A DNA stretch of 37,104 nucleotides from Candidatus Omnitrophota bacterium (GTDB lineage Bacteria; Omnitrophota; Gorgyraeia; Tantalellales; Tantalellaceae), in contig JBDRBY010000030.1 of the NCBI GenBank assembly GCA_043822245.1, positions 1 through 37,104 on the forward strand, given 5' to 3'. Under the pieces are notes generated by a model. It saw nothing but the letters and a program-made list of their open reading frames with translations. It was not told where the DNA came from and ran no database searches. A program made the translations under genes and the position numbers. Of the stretch, positions 9,975 through 19,358 are shown piece by piece (positions within the stretch are counted from its first letter, which is position 1; the number at the start of each line of letters is the position of its first letter).

Positions 9975-10097
9975 GTTTCGGGCGAGGGAAGGACAATCGC
10001 GGGAAGTTATCGGCAAAGGCATGCCTTTGCCCTCCGTTGCATCGCGTTATTTTTCCATCATGTAGAGACGTACTTGCGTAATGCTGATGAAGATTTT

Positions 10098-10358
10098 TTA
10101 CATATCACCTATGTTAATAATTAAATCCGCGGTTTTTTTACGCAGGCCCGCGATGAAATGGCACTTTTTGCAATCAAAATTGTTGCTATCATATTTTGAG
10201 CAGGAAAAAAGCACATTTACCGCTTCTTGTAATTCTTTCGCGAATTTCGTTTTTTCCCGCGCTTCATCCTCTTTATTGATTTTATCTACCAGGGTATTTA
10301 TCTTTTCCTCACGTTTCACGAATATAGGACATCTAATCTTAGATTCTTCCCTATACAT
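10098..10358 (-). CDS. Hypothetical small Lys/Cys-containing protein (86 aa) at the distal end of the gvp cluster
   Basis: ORF with a C-X7-C-X2-C-H motif (CSKYDSNNFDCKKCH). The region is AT-rich. It is on the same strand as the neighbouring genes. I found no recognisable family. Confidence 0.3.
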   Translation of the reverse strand: MYREESKIRCPIFVKREEKINTLVDKINKEDEAREKTKFAKELQEAVNVLFSCSKYDSNNFDCKKCHFIAGLRKKTADLIINIGDM

Positions 10359-10378
10359 ATTCGTTTCTCCTTCTTGTT

Positions 10379-11059
10379 TTATTCAACAGGCGCGGTGAGA
10401 TATTCGGTCAATTTTTTGAATTCTTCTTTATCCCGGTTGAGACAAAGAAACAACCTTTGATACTCCCTTACTTTATTTACCCGTTTTATTTCAATTACAC
10501 GCATTCTTTTAGACAATTTAGGCAAAATGTTATGATACGCTCCCATAAACAGTATACCGGTATGTTCGTCATCTAAAGTTTCACATATCCTTTTAATTAC
10601 GTAGTCGTCCCTCTTTCTAAGTAGTCCGTTCTTTACCATTTTATAGGCGAAATAAGCTATTAATTTGCTAAGAACAGTTTTAGCGCGGCTGATTCTAACA
10701 ATACAATCCCTTTCTTTTTTGACAAGAGAAAAATCCTCTGTTTTCACTAAAACCGCTCCACGCTTAAGAAAAGAGGCGACCAACTCATAGTTTTTGCTGG
10801 CTAATTTTACTCCTTCTTCAACTATCGCTCTAGCCACTTCGCCCTCAGCTATCATTCCGTCCTGATAGATTTTCATCCCTGATACATTCATAGAATCAAA
10901 ATACCGTGCCAGACTATCCCAAAAACTTTCTACGGCTTTTAAATGTTGATCCCAAAAATCCCTGCCTAACTCAGCGATCCCTTTTTTGCTGACATCCTCA
11001 GCCAAGGAACCCATATCCGCGTTTGTGTGTATAACAGGAACATAAATAAGTGTTCTCAT
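10379..11059 (-). CDS. Hypothetical protein (226 aa), directly upstream of and co-oriented with gvpJ
   Basis: Long clean ORF. It is separated from gvpJ by 10 nt. I did not recognise a family. Confidence 0.6.
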   Translation of the reverse strand: MRTLIYVPVIHTNADMGSLAEDVSKKGIAELGRDFWDQHLKAVESFWDSLARYFDSMNVSGMKIYQDGMIAEGEVARAIVEEGVKLASKNYELVASFLKRGAVLVKTEDFSLVKKERDCIVRISRAKTVLSKLIAYFAYKMVKNGLLRKRDDYVIKRICETLDDEHTGILFMGAYHNILPKLSKRMRVIEIKRVNKVREYQRLFLCLNRDKEEFKKLTEYLTAPVE

Positions 11060-11069
11060 AAAAATTTGT

Positions 11070-11369
11070 TTATTTTATTTTGGCTTCCAAATTCTCTAAT
11101 CTTTTTTTTAATTTTTTATTCTCATTTTCAATTTCTTTATCTTTTGCCTTTGAAGATAAATAGCTATCCTGTTGCCACCAATTTATTCCCATTTCCATAG
11201 CTTTATCAACTGAAGCTATCAAAAGCCTTATCTTTATATTAAGAAGATCAATATCAGCAAGTCGAATCTTAATATCTCCGGCGATTACAATTCCTTTATC
11301 TAAAACCCGCTCTAAGATATCAGCAAGATTGGTAGCTTCAGTAGCATGCATCATTCTTTGTTGTGTCAT
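11070..11369 (-). CDS. gvpJ: GvpJ/GvpM-type gas vesicle protein (GvpA-family core plus a charged coiled-coil C-terminal extension)
   Basis: LADILERVLDKGIVIAGDIKIRLADIDLLNIKIRLLIASVDKA matches the GvpA/J/M hydrophobic core. Confidence 0.82.
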   Translation of the reverse strand: MTQQRMMHATEATNLADILERVLDKGIVIAGDIKIRLADIDLLNIKIRLLIASVDKAMEMGINWWQQDSYLSSKAKDKEIENENKKLKKRLENLEAKIK

Positions 11370-11386
11370 ATTTGCCTCTCCTTTTT

Positions 11387-11710
11387 TTACATTAAATTTC
11401 CTAAAGGGCCTAAATTTATGTTCAGGTCTTCATCTTTTACGTCAAAAATCTTTTTTAACTCATCCATCTTATCTTCCAACAACATCAATGTCTCCCCTAT
11501 TCTTTCTACTTCTCTATCGGTAAGAGATCCGCCGTCAACTCTTCTCATAGCCTGTTTTTCCAGAAGCCTTCTTATCAACTCTACAAGCGTAAGAACCAAT
11601 TTTCCTAATCCTTTTTCTACATCTTTAGGATCAAGATTGATCCTCCCGGGATTAGAATTTTCTATTTCCGACGGATCTTTAGCAATTATCGCTATGGATG
11701 ATTTACTCAT
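11387..11710 (-). CDS. gvpK: Gas vesicle protein GvpK
   Basis: GLGKLVLTLVELIRRLLEKQAMRRVDGGSLTDREVERIGETLMLLE matches the conserved GvpK core. Confidence 0.85.
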   Translation of the reverse strand: MSKSSIAIIAKDPSEIENSNPGRINLDPKDVEKGLGKLVLTLVELIRRLLEKQAMRRVDGGSLTDREVERIGETLMLLEDKMDELKKIFDVKDEDLNINLGPLGNLM

Positions 11711-11711
11711 T

Positions 11712-11930
11712 TTAAGTCGATTCCCTCATCGGGCCCTCAAGCGGAGCGCCTCTTGAATTCTCCATAGTTTCTACCGAACTAAGCATAATCCTTAATCCTA
11801 TGTATATGAGGTCCACGTCGGCAACAGAAATAACTATGTCACCGGACGCGACCATCCCCTTCTCTAAAACCCTATCTAAAATCTCTAACAGGGTTACATC
11901 TTTGGTTTTCGCGTGAATGTCCGTTGTCAT
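11712..11930 (-). CDS. Second GvpA-family small gas vesicle protein (GvpA2/S/M-like)
   Basis: LLEILDRVLEKGMVASGDIVISVADVDLIYIGLRIMLSSVET. It lies 1 nt from gvpK. Confidence 0.8.
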   Translation of the reverse strand: MTTDIHAKTKDVTLLEILDRVLEKGMVASGDIVISVADVDLIYIGLRIMLSSVETMENSRGAPLEGPMREST

Positions 11931-11937
11931 CTCAGGT

Positions 11938-12771
11938 TTAAGACCTTTCGTCGCCTGGTTTTATAAATCCATCACAAAAATTATACGCCGGCCAAGGGCC
12001 TGTCCAATCAAATTCTAAACCTTTAGGAACATACCTTGATTTTAGATATGCTATGGTATTGTCAAATTCTTTTATTCTTTTCTTATTTATCAAAAATGCC
12101 GCGTTTAAAATCATTTTTTCTTGTTTTTGAGTTATTTCCGCCGGTAACAGTTTGTTAAGCTTCGCGTTCTGGGATAGTTTTTCTAATCTGTTAAAACTAT
12201 CCTGAGTAAATTCAGAAATTTTTTTATCTAAAACATTCTTTACAATGTCTTCTCTCTTCTTTCTTAAAAAAAACGCCCTCCCTTTGCCGCTAGACGCGAT
12301 CTCATCGTCAATCTTTTTAATGTCCTCATTTTCTACGGGAAGGGTGTCACTGATTCTTTTGGGATCGCAATATATCTTTAGCCCCCACTCTTCCTTACCG
12401 TTTAATTCTTCTATCGTCCTTCTAAATTCCGTACCGCGCGCCTTAAGCAATTGCAGTACGTTTTCTTCAGTATTGAAAATCGTGCCAAATTTAAAAGGCA
12501 AAACCGTTGTCTCTTGTACAATTCTTTCTATCACATTCTCATGCCGCCTAACCTTTTCCTCAAGCCAATTCATATCGTCTAAACCTTTTTTAAAATTTTC
12601 CTCATCGAATTCGTTTGAGGAAACCTCGCTAATAACCGCGCAAATACCCTGAAAATAAATTAAAGCCAATTTAACGCCTATATCTTTGAAATCATTACAA
12701 ACCGGCTTTGATTTCGTAATACAGTATAAATAAGTCAGTTCTTTTTCTTCGCTCATCGCGCACCCCGCCAT
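11938..12771 (-). CDS. GvpF/GvpL-family gas vesicle assembly protein (paralog 1)
   Basis: The N-terminus (YLYCITKSK...) and the overall length and pattern are typical of GvpF/L, including FKFGTIF, VLQLL and a KEEWGLKIY motif. Confidence 0.82.
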   Translation of the reverse strand: MAGCAMSEEKELTYLYCITKSKPVCNDFKDIGVKLALIYFQGICAVISEVSSNEFDEENFKKGLDDMNWLEEKVRRHENVIERIVQETTVLPFKFGTIFNTEENVLQLLKARGTEFRRTIEELNGKEEWGLKIYCDPKRISDTLPVENEDIKKIDDEIASSGKGRAFFLRKKREDIVKNVLDKKISEFTQDSFNRLEKLSQNAKLNKLLPAEITQKQEKMILNAAFLINKKRIKEFDNTIAYLKSRYVPKGLEFDWTGPWPAYNFCDGFIKPGDERS

Positions 12772-12789
12772 CTGTTAAGGCTTATTCAG

Positions 12790-13041
12790 TTACGCCTGGC
12801 CTTTACGCTCATACGACTCAACTTCTAAACTATTATTCAGTTTAACAACATAAATATTTCTGTCCTGCACTCTTGTGGAAAGGCCTAAGGATTTGATAAA
12901 CGAGCTTTCCTCATATACTTCCGCCTCAGTTTCCCAGCCGTTACCGCTCACAGCCGCCTTGATCACTTTTACATCTTTAACACTAAGAGTCTTTTTTAAA
13001 AATTCCGCCGATGCCTTTCGGGCATTTTCAATGTCCGCCAT
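12790..13041 (-). CDS. Hypothetical small protein (83 aa) embedded in the gvp operon
   Basis: Clean ORF whose stop overlaps the gvpG start by 1 nt. No recognised family. Confidence 0.55.
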   Translation of the reverse strand: MADIENARKASAEFLKKTLSVKDVKVIKAAVSGNGWETEAEVYEESSFIKSLGLSTRVQDRNIYVVKLNNSLEVESYERKGQA

Positions 13042-13280
13042 TATTCTCCCCCCTCTTTACTCTCTCTGATAGAATCTAACCGCGCTAAAAGTTCTTGCTC
13101 TTGTTTTTTATATTCCGCTTCGGCTATTTCATCCATCTCAAAACGCATCTGTAATTCCATAAGTTTCTCTTTTATCCGGCCTTCGTCAGAAAATTCCTTT
13201 TCCACAAGATCGTTAATCTTTTTACCTATCCAAGTCACACCGTTTATAGGCATAAACAATAGGTCATCAATCAAGAACAT
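13041..13280 (-). CDS. gvpG: Gas vesicle protein GvpG
   Basis: The N-terminus MFLIDDLLFMP and the charged helical tail (EAEYKKQEQELLARLDSIRE) match GvpG. Confidence 0.8.
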   Translation of the reverse strand: MFLIDDLLFMPINGVTWIGKKINDLVEKEFSDEGRIKEKLMELQMRFEMDEIAEAEYKKQEQELLARLDSIRESKEGGE

Positions 13281-13281
13281 A

Positions 13282-14046
13282 TTAGTATTCCTTTGTCTCT
13301 ATCGTTATACTCACAAAATTGAACGGAGGAAGCGTACCTACATACTTAAACTTTATCTTGTCTCCATATTTTTCGTCAAGCTGTTGGATATTCCGATCAA
13401 ATTCCGCCTCTTTGTTTTTGACTACCAAAAAAGCGGCATTTATGATCATCCTTTCACCATAGGTATCATTTATCTTTACATTCTCCGCTAAAGGGCTTAG
13501 GGCATCCAACATTGCTTTTTTATATTTTTCCTTTTCCTCATTCAGAGCCTGTTCCACCAAATTTCCAATCTCCATACGTTGGTAATAACTCTTTGCCGGC
13601 GGCACAGACACTATTTCCTGCTTAAGCTTTTTAATCTTCTCATATCTTTCCAATATTTCTTTGTAAATCATGTCTTCTCTAAATATCGCCTTAAGCCCTA
13701 GCTCCTTTTTATCTCTAACCTTATTAAAAAGTTCTTTAAGTTTATCGTATTCCCTTGCTAATATCTTCCTGATCTTTTCCTCATCTTCAGCAATTGTGGC
13801 AAATCTTACAGGCAAAACTGTACGCGTTTTCATTACTTCCTCAATCGCCTTTTCATGGGCAAACGCATTTTCACTCGAAATAGCGTATTTTTTAATCGGG
13901 GAATTACTGACCACAGCCGCAATATCGTTAAAACATACCGTATAAAGAACATCTCCCCTGCCTCCGATGCCTAAAGGGCCAAAAGATTGAACCTGATTCG
14001 AATCAATTATGCAGTAAATATATTTGCCCTCGTTCATTTTTCCCAT
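13282..14046 (-). CDS. GvpF/GvpL-family protein (paralog 2)
   Basis: KYIYCIIDS...FGPLGIGGRGDVLYTV...AAVVSNSP...LPVRFATI. Confidence 0.85.
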   Translation of the reverse strand: MGKMNEGKYIYCIIDSNQVQSFGPLGIGGRGDVLYTVCFNDIAAVVSNSPIKKYAISSENAFAHEKAIEEVMKTRTVLPVRFATIAEDEEKIRKILAREYDKLKELFNKVRDKKELGLKAIFREDMIYKEILERYEKIKKLKQEIVSVPPAKSYYQRMEIGNLVEQALNEEKEKYKKAMLDALSPLAENVKINDTYGERMIINAAFLVVKNKEAEFDRNIQQLDEKYGDKIKFKYVGTLPPFNFVSITIETKEY

Positions 14047-14813
14047 TCCTCGGGGTATATAGCAAGATTAACAAAATTGAATACCGGTAAGGGGCCCGCG
14101 TATAGAAATTTTACTTTCTCTTTACGGCGTTCGCTTAAATCATCCATTATGTTATCAAACTCTTTTTCCCTGGCTTTAGAAATCAAAAAAGACGCGTTCA
14201 TAAACATCTCTTCACTCATATTATTGTTAAGCCTGTAATCCACCGCTAATCTCTTTAAGATGTTTATGATTTCTTCCGCAGATTCTTCTTTTTTCTTACC
14301 AAGTGCCTGCTCAACCATCCTGCCCAATTCCACTCCATCTTGGATATCTTTCTTGCCCTTATGATTTTGTATGTTTTCTTTCGCATCCTTAATCATTTTG
14401 TTTTCGCGCGCAATTTCCTTAAAAATCGCGTACATATTCTTCCATATCGCTTTGACGCCTACTTCTACCTTGTGATCCATATCTTTCAGCGCGTTTTTAA
14501 ATTCCCGGCCCCTTCTATCTAAAAGATTCCTTATTTCATCGGCATTTGAAGCAAGCGTGCCAAACCTAACCGGAAGCACACTATCAAATTCCTTCATCAC
14601 TTCCTCAATTACTTTCTGATGAGCCAGCATATTCTCCCGATTTACAACAAATCTACCCATAGGATGATTACTGACAACCATACTCAAATCGTCGTGCCCA
14701 ACAGTTAAAACCTCATCGTTTCTGCCTCCGATGCCGATAGGCCCAAAATTTCGCTCTTGTTTTGTCCCGATAACGCAATAGATATATTTTCCTTCTTTCT
14801 CCAGAATACTCAT
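14034..14813 (-). CDS. GvpF/GvpL-family protein (paralog 3)
   Basis: KYIYCVIGT...FGPIGIGGRNDEVLTV...LSMVVSNHP...LPVRFGTL. It overlaps the downstream paralog by 13 nt. Confidence 0.85.
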   Translation of the reverse strand: MSILEKEGKYIYCVIGTKQERNFGPIGIGGRNDEVLTVGHDDLSMVVSNHPMGRFVVNRENMLAHQKVIEEVMKEFDSVLPVRFGTLASNADEIRNLLDRRGREFKNALKDMDHKVEVGVKAIWKNMYAIFKEIARENKMIKDAKENIQNHKGKKDIQDGVELGRMVEQALGKKKEESAEEIINILKRLAVDYRLNNNMSEEMFMNASFLISKAREKEFDNIMDDLSERRKEKVKFLYAGPLPVFNFVNLAIYPEEWEK

Positions 14814-14815
14814 AC

Positions 14816-15874
14816 TTAATCCTTTATTTTGACCAGTACCGCGTTTTTATTAAAATCTTTCTCATCAAAGAAACATCTGTCAATATGCCCTTCCTGCATG
14901 CATGCTCTGTAATATTCGATAAGTATCTTATGCGCCTTAGTTATCTCGTCAAATTCTCCCTCTTTACTTTGTATCCCGGAATTTTTGTCCGGATGCGCGG
15001 AAAGCGACAAAGCATGATGCGCTTTTTTAATTTCTTCTTCGGTTGTAACATCGTTCAGCCCGAATCTTTTTTGAGCCCAGATTACTTGTTCAAAATTTAT
15101 CTTCTTTATCTCCAGAGTGTAAAAACTATACGGCGGAAGAGGGCCTATACATCTGAATTTTAGTTTTTCATTAAATTCAGCATTTAAGCCCTCTACCTCA
15201 TTATCAAAATCCTTCCGTTTTGTTTTGTCTACCAAAAAGGCGCAATTCATAACCATTTTATCATCCATGCGTTCTCCGGCCCTAAAATCCTCGCTTAGTC
15301 CGCTTAAACAAGCTACAAGACGAGAACTGTGCCCCTCCCTTCGCTCATCTAACGCTTTCTTAACCATAACTCCTATTTTCATCTGATCTTCCACGGTCAC
15401 GCCTCCGGGATTGGATAAGGCTATTTGCTTGTATCTACTGATTTCTTCCCGCTTTCCGATCTCATTGAGAACCGCCGTAAAATCACTCCATGTAACGGCG
15501 ACATCAATCTCTATCTTCCCTGCCGCTTTTTTAAACACATCCTTTATGAGGGGATATCCCTTCCGTAAGACATCTTCAACATGGCTGTCCTCTTGAGCAA
15601 ATGTACCAAGCCGCATAGGAATAACCGTATGCTCCAAAGCCATTATCCGCTCAAGCACTTTCTGATGCCTGACCAACAGCCTGGCTAGAGCGTCTCTGTG
15701 CAGACAAGCACATTCAACAACCGGCAAGTCACATACTACGGCAGAAATATCCCGATAAGGAATTGTATAAACTAAATCAGTCCCCGTTTTTTCTACTGAC
15801 TCCATAGGAACAAAAAGGCGCATCCCCGCGTTAGAGCCTACTACGCCATAAATATATCTGCCTATTTCACTCAC
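14816..15874 (-). CDS. GvpF/GvpL-family protein fused to a C-terminal DnaJ-type J-domain (paralog 4)
   Basis: The N-terminal ~250 aa is GvpF/L-like (RYIYGVVGS..., IPMRLGTF). The C-terminal ~70 aa is FGLNDVTTEEEIKKAHHALSLSAHPDKNSG...ITKAHKILIEYY, which has the HPD motif and the J-domain helix II/III pattern. It apparently starts at a GTG. Confidence 0.8.
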   Translation of the reverse strand: MSEIGRYIYGVVGSNAGMRLFVPMESVEKTGTDLVYTIPYRDISAVVCDLPVVECACLHRDALARLLVRHQKVLERIMALEHTVIPMRLGTFAQEDSHVEDVLRKGYPLIKDVFKKAAGKIEIDVAVTWSDFTAVLNEIGKREEISRYKQIALSNPGGVTVEDQMKIGVMVKKALDERREGHSSRLVACLSGLSEDFRAGERMDDKMVMNCAFLVDKTKRKDFDNEVEGLNAEFNEKLKFRCIGPLPPYSFYTLEIKKINFEQVIWAQKRFGLNDVTTEEEIKKAHHALSLSAHPDKNSGIQSKEGEFDEITKAHKILIEYYRACMQEGHIDRCFFDEKDFNKNAVLVKIKD

Positions 15875-15956
15875 CCTTTACGCCTTCTTTCTTTTTAGAC
15901 TTGCGTTTGAATTTACTGCTCAAGAATCCTTTGATCATTTTTAAAATTTTAAACAT
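15867..15956 (-). CDS. Candidate 29-aa Lys-rich micro-ORF ([29 protein letters not shown]) bridging the CDC48-like and GvpF/L-J genes
   Basis: I translated it by hand. Its ATG overlaps the CDC48-like TAA stop by 8 nt, and its TGA overlaps the GTG start of the downstream gene. A GGAGG lies 5 nt upstream of the ATG. It is too short for the ORF track. Confidence 0.3.
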   Translation of the reverse strand: MFKILKMIKGFLSSKFKRKSKKKEGVKGE

Positions 15957-18102
15957 CTCCGCCTCCTTTCTGATTATTGAGTAAGTTAATCGCATCTTTA
16001 AAATGTCTCATGGCTATCTCTAGTCGCGGCTTCCCTCTGCTTGGTAATGACCGGCCGTTTATATATTCTCTTATTGCAAGCATAGCGGCCTTGCGGCAAA
16101 TAAATTCAATATCAGACCCTACTTTTTTATCCGTCTCTTTAGCGAGGCTCTTAAAATCAACATCCTCGGTAAGTGGTTTATTCCTAGTATGTATTTTGAA
16201 AATCTCTTCTCTGGTTTCCTCACTCGGCACGGACAGTTCGAATAAAAGGTCAAATCTTCCGCTTCTGAGCAAGGCCGGGTCAATTAAATCTATCCTATTG
16301 GTAGCGGCTAAGACCACCACTCCTCTAAGCTCTTCAATACCATCCATCTCTGTTAAAAACTGGCTTATCACCCTTTCCGTGACATGCGTACCGGTAGAAT
16401 CCGAACCGCGCCTGGGCACAAGGCTGTCTATCTCATCAAGAAAAAGTATTGTTGGCGCCGCTTGCTTCGCCTTTTTAAATATCTCCCTTACGCCCCGCTC
16501 CGATTCGCCGACATAACGATTCAAAAGCTCAGGGCCTTTAACAGAGATAAAGTTTACTCCGCTTTCCGAGGCAACCGCTTTGCCCAAGAGTGTTTTCCCC
16601 GTTCCCGGCTTACCATAAAGCAAGATTCCTTTAGGCGGCGAGGTGTTCGCTTTTTTGAAAACATCAGAATATTTAAGGGGCCACTCTATTATCTCTTTAA
16701 GTTCTTCCTTGACATCCTTAAGGCCCCCCACGTCACCCCATTTTACATTCGGCACTTCAACAAAAACTTCTCTAATAGCCGAGGGTTCTACCTCTTTCAT
16801 GGCTGCTAAAAAATCATCCATGGTTACTTCCAATTCCATCAAAGTCTCATAGGGGATATCAGCCATTTCAAAATCGATTTTAGGCAAAATCTTCCGCAGA
16901 GCCGCCATTGCCGCTTCTCTTGCTAATGCCTCCAAATCCGCTCCCACAAATCCATGAGTTATTTCCGATAACTTTTCTAAACCAACATCTTTTGCTAACG
17001 GCATACCTCTGGTATGAATTTGAAGCACCTCGTATCTCGCGTTTTTATCAGGGATAGGAATGGATATTTCTCTATCAAATCTCCCCGGCCGTCTTAGAGC
17101 CGGGTCTATAACATTTGGCAGATTGGTCGCGGCGATAACAATAACGTGGCCTCTGGATTCCAATCCATCCATTAACGCTAAAAGTTGAGAAACTACTCTA
17201 CGCTCAACCTGTTTTTCAGCGCCCATGTCTTCTCTTTTCGGAGCGATTGCCTCAATTTCATCTAAAAAGACGATGCTCGGAGCGTTGGCCTGGGCGTTTT
17301 GGAATATTGAACGTAAACGGCCTTCACTTTCTCCATAAAATTTTCCCATAATCTCCGGGCCGCTTATGCTGATAAAACACGCGTCAGTCTCATTCGCTAC
17401 TGCTCGGGCAATTAACGTTTTTCCCGTACCCGGGGGGCCATAGAGGAGTACCCCTTTGGGCGCGCCAATACCCAATCTCTCAAACACCTGAGGATATCTT
17501 AAAGGAAGCTCTATCATCTCTCTAATCCTTTGAATCTGCGTAGTGAGCCCGCCAATATCTTCATATGAAATCTTAGCCGGGCCCGCTTCCTTAACTTCCT
17601 CTACCTCAATTTTTATGAGGGTAGCCGGGCTTATTGAAACTATACCGCCGGGAACAGTATCCAATACCTTAAAATCACAAGATTTTGAACCAAAAAGCGC
17701 GGCTCTAACTCTGTCGCCACAAGTTACCGGCAGTCCTTCTATGAGAGAACCTATGTATTTACTGTCTTTGTCCTTCTGAAGAGAACCTGATAAAGTTAGC
17801 GGTGAAAGCCTGATTTTGTCCGCGGGTTTACAAACAACTTTCTTGATTTTTATCTTTTCATCTAATCCAACCCGCGCGTTTTCGCGTAAGATTCCGTCAA
17901 TCTGCGCGATCTTTTTTCCCCTTTCTTCGGCATAGCAGAGCATTACCTTAGCCGGAGTCTCTCTTTTTCCTTTAATCACCGCGATATCACCCGCTTCTAA
18001 TCCAAGGCTCTTCATATCTTCCGGATCGAGCCTGGCAACCGCCCTGCCTACATCCTTTGATAATGCCTCTTTTACTTTTAGTGTTAACGAATTGGCCGTC
18101 AT
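15949..18102 (-). CDS. CDC48/VCP-like double-ring AAA+ ATPase
   Basis: 717 aa. It has a CDC48 N-domain-like N-terminus and two AAA modules with Walker A motifs GPPGTGKTL and GKPGTGKTL, Walker B motifs FLDEID, and SRH regions ([22 protein letters not shown] and [19 protein letters not shown]). Confidence 0.9.
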   Translation of the reverse strand: MTANSLTLKVKEALSKDVGRAVARLDPEDMKSLGLEAGDIAVIKGKRETPAKVMLCYAEERGKKIAQIDGILRENARVGLDEKIKIKKVVCKPADKIRLSPLTLSGSLQKDKDSKYIGSLIEGLPVTCGDRVRAALFGSKSCDFKVLDTVPGGIVSISPATLIKIEVEEVKEAGPAKISYEDIGGLTTQIQRIREMIELPLRYPQVFERLGIGAPKGVLLYGPPGTGKTLIARAVANETDACFISISGPEIMGKFYGESEGRLRSIFQNAQANAPSIVFLDEIEAIAPKREDMGAEKQVERRVVSQLLALMDGLESRGHVIVIAATNLPNVIDPALRRPGRFDREISIPIPDKNARYEVLQIHTRGMPLAKDVGLEKLSEITHGFVGADLEALAREAAMAALRKILPKIDFEMADIPYETLMELEVTMDDFLAAMKEVEPSAIREVFVEVPNVKWGDVGGLKDVKEELKEIIEWPLKYSDVFKKANTSPPKGILLYGKPGTGKTLLGKAVASESGVNFISVKGPELLNRYVGESERGVREIFKKAKQAAPTILFLDEIDSLVPRRGSDSTGTHVTERVISQFLTEMDGIEELRGVVVLAATNRIDLIDPALLRSGRFDLLFELSVPSEETREEIFKIHTRNKPLTEDVDFKSLAKETDKKVGSDIEFICRKAAMLAIREYINGRSLPSRGKPRLEIAMRHFKDAINLLNNQKGGGDV

Positions 18103-18638
18103 TTCTGTACTCTAATTTCTAATATCCCGTTCCTATAATTTGATGTTAGGGTTTTGGCTTGAACTTTAGCCGGCAATAAGACTTCTTTGCGGTATTTTCT
18201 ATCCTTACTCACTGCTTTTATTTCCAATATATCCTCTTTTAAATCCAAGGAGATAGCTTCCTGTTTAACTCCCGGCATCTCCGCCATAACAACCACTTCA
18301 TCTTTCTCATTAAATATGTCAACAATCGGCTCTCTTTCTTCTTCAACCTTTGGCCCTTTAGGGGTTTTTTTAACATTACCAAAGGGTTCAACCACAGTCT
18401 TACCTCCCATGGCTGTTTTTACCGAAAACCCAAAAACCCCTTTCATGCCCTCTTTGAGACGGCCCAGGTCTATTTCTCCTTCTTTTTTAACTTCTCCTCC
18501 GGCCTCTTTTAAATCCCCTGCCAAATCAACTAATTTCTCAATACCACGGAATAATCCGCCTAAGCTTAATTTCCCTATACCAAAATCAAGATCTAAATCC
18601 TGTTTTTCGTTTTTGGTTTTTCTTTTGCCCTTGTTCAT
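18099..18638 (-). CDS. Hsp20/alpha-crystallin family protein with an N-terminal Lys/Gly-rich extension
   Basis: The C-terminal alpha-crystallin domain is [38 protein letters not shown]...[25 protein letters not shown]. It overlaps the CDC48-like start by 4 nt. Confidence 0.8.
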   Translation of the reverse strand: MNKGKRKTKNEKQDLDLDFGIGKLSLGGLFRGIEKLVDLAGDLKEAGGEVKKEGEIDLGRLKEGMKGVFGFSVKTAMGGKTVVEPFGNVKKTPKGPKVEEEREPIVDIFNEKDEVVVMAEMPGVKQEAISLDLKEDILEIKAVSKDRKYRKEVLLPAKVQAKTLTSNYRNGILEIRVQK

Positions 18639-18694
18639 TTTCTTCCCCCCATTTCGCCTACATTTTTAGATTTTTCGAACATGAACCGTTTTTA

Positions 18695-18721
18695 TAGAGA
18701 CGCGATAAATCGCGTCTCTAC
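18695..18721. repeat. REP-like palindrome
   Basis: TAGAGACGCGATAAATCGCGTCTCTAC. Confidence 0.9.
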
Positions 18722-18737
18722 TGTACAAAACACAGCC

Positions 18738-18958
18738 CGCGAAATACCGCGCGACGTAAAAAACGTAATTCGCGAAACACCGCGCACCGTAAAAAACGTA
18801 ATCCGCGAAACACCGCGCACCGTAAAAAATGCAATCCGCGAAACACCGCGCACCGTAAAAAATGCAATCCGCGAAACACCGCACACCGTAAAAAATGCAA
18901 TCCGCGAAATACCGCGCGACGTAAAAAACGTTGCCAGCGAAATGTCGCATACCGTAAA
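18738..18958. repeat. 33-bp tandem repeat array (6 full units plus 1 degenerate unit) bracketed by REP hairpins
   Basis: The units start at 18738, 18771, 18804, 18837, 18870 and 18903. The consensus is CGCGAAACACCGCGCACCGTAAAAAATGCAATC. The outer units are the variant CGCGAAATACCGCGCGACGTAAAAAACGT..., giving an A-B-B-B-B-A arrangement. All six reading frames are open across the array, so the listed ORFs (18666-18950, 18681-18968 and others) are artefacts. Confidence 0.9.
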
Positions 18959-19027
18959 GACGCGATAAATCGCGTCGCTACCTTATATAATATGGCGCAC
19001 CGTAGAGACGCGATTTATCGCGTCTCC
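18956..19027. repeat. REP-like pair at 18956-18981 (degenerate) and 19002-19027
   Basis: AAAGACGCGATAAATCGCGTCGCTAC and GTAGAGACGCGATTTATCGCGTCTCC. Confidence 0.85.
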
Positions 19028-19037
19028 TTTAACCGAA

Positions 19038-19343
19038 CTAATAGCTTAGAGAGAACGTCTTAAGAGGTTTTGTGGTTAATTTTACAGAGGGTTTAACCTT
19101 TTTCTCTTGCGATGTTTCTTCTTGAGAATTTTCAATTCGTTTAAGAATTTCATCTAGTTGTTTTTCCGCCCTATCTTTCCTCTTACTTAAGCCAAACACC
19201 TCTTTTTCCAATCTATCCTTTTCTCTTCTGAGAATGTACAGCTCCAAATAACCCGATCTTTGGATTTTTGGGATAGAACCCGTGCCTATGCTATGAATAC
19301 TCTTTATATCACTAGTCCCTGCGATTTGTAACATCCCTTTCAT
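19038..19343 (-). CDS. Hypothetical charged/coiled-coil protein (101 aa), downstream of and co-oriented with gvpN
   Basis: Clean ORF 15 nt after the gvpN stop. No recognised family. It has a GvpG-like charged helical character but a different N-terminus. Confidence 0.55.
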   Translation of the reverse strand: MKGMLQIAGTSDIKSIHSIGTGSIPKIQRSGYLELYILRREKDRLEKEVFGLSKRKDRAEKQLDEILKRIENSQEETSQEKKVKPSVKLTTKPLKTFSLSY

Positions 19344-19358
19344 CTGTCAGTCCCCCTT

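Noticed and set aside
10081-10398. Plus-strand ORF of 105 aa overlapping the minus-strand 86-aa ORF
   Set aside because: It is hydrophobic and low-complexity, lies on the wrong strand relative to all neighbours, and has no RBS. Only the minus-strand ORF is retained, and only at low confidence.
18666-18968. Four overlapping ORFs with 11-aa peptide repeats (e.g. RETPRTVKNAI x5)
   Set aside because: All six frames are open only because the 33-bp unit lacks stop codons. The ORF ends coincide with the REP hairpins, and there is no RBS or start context. I treat the region as a non-coding tandem repeat.
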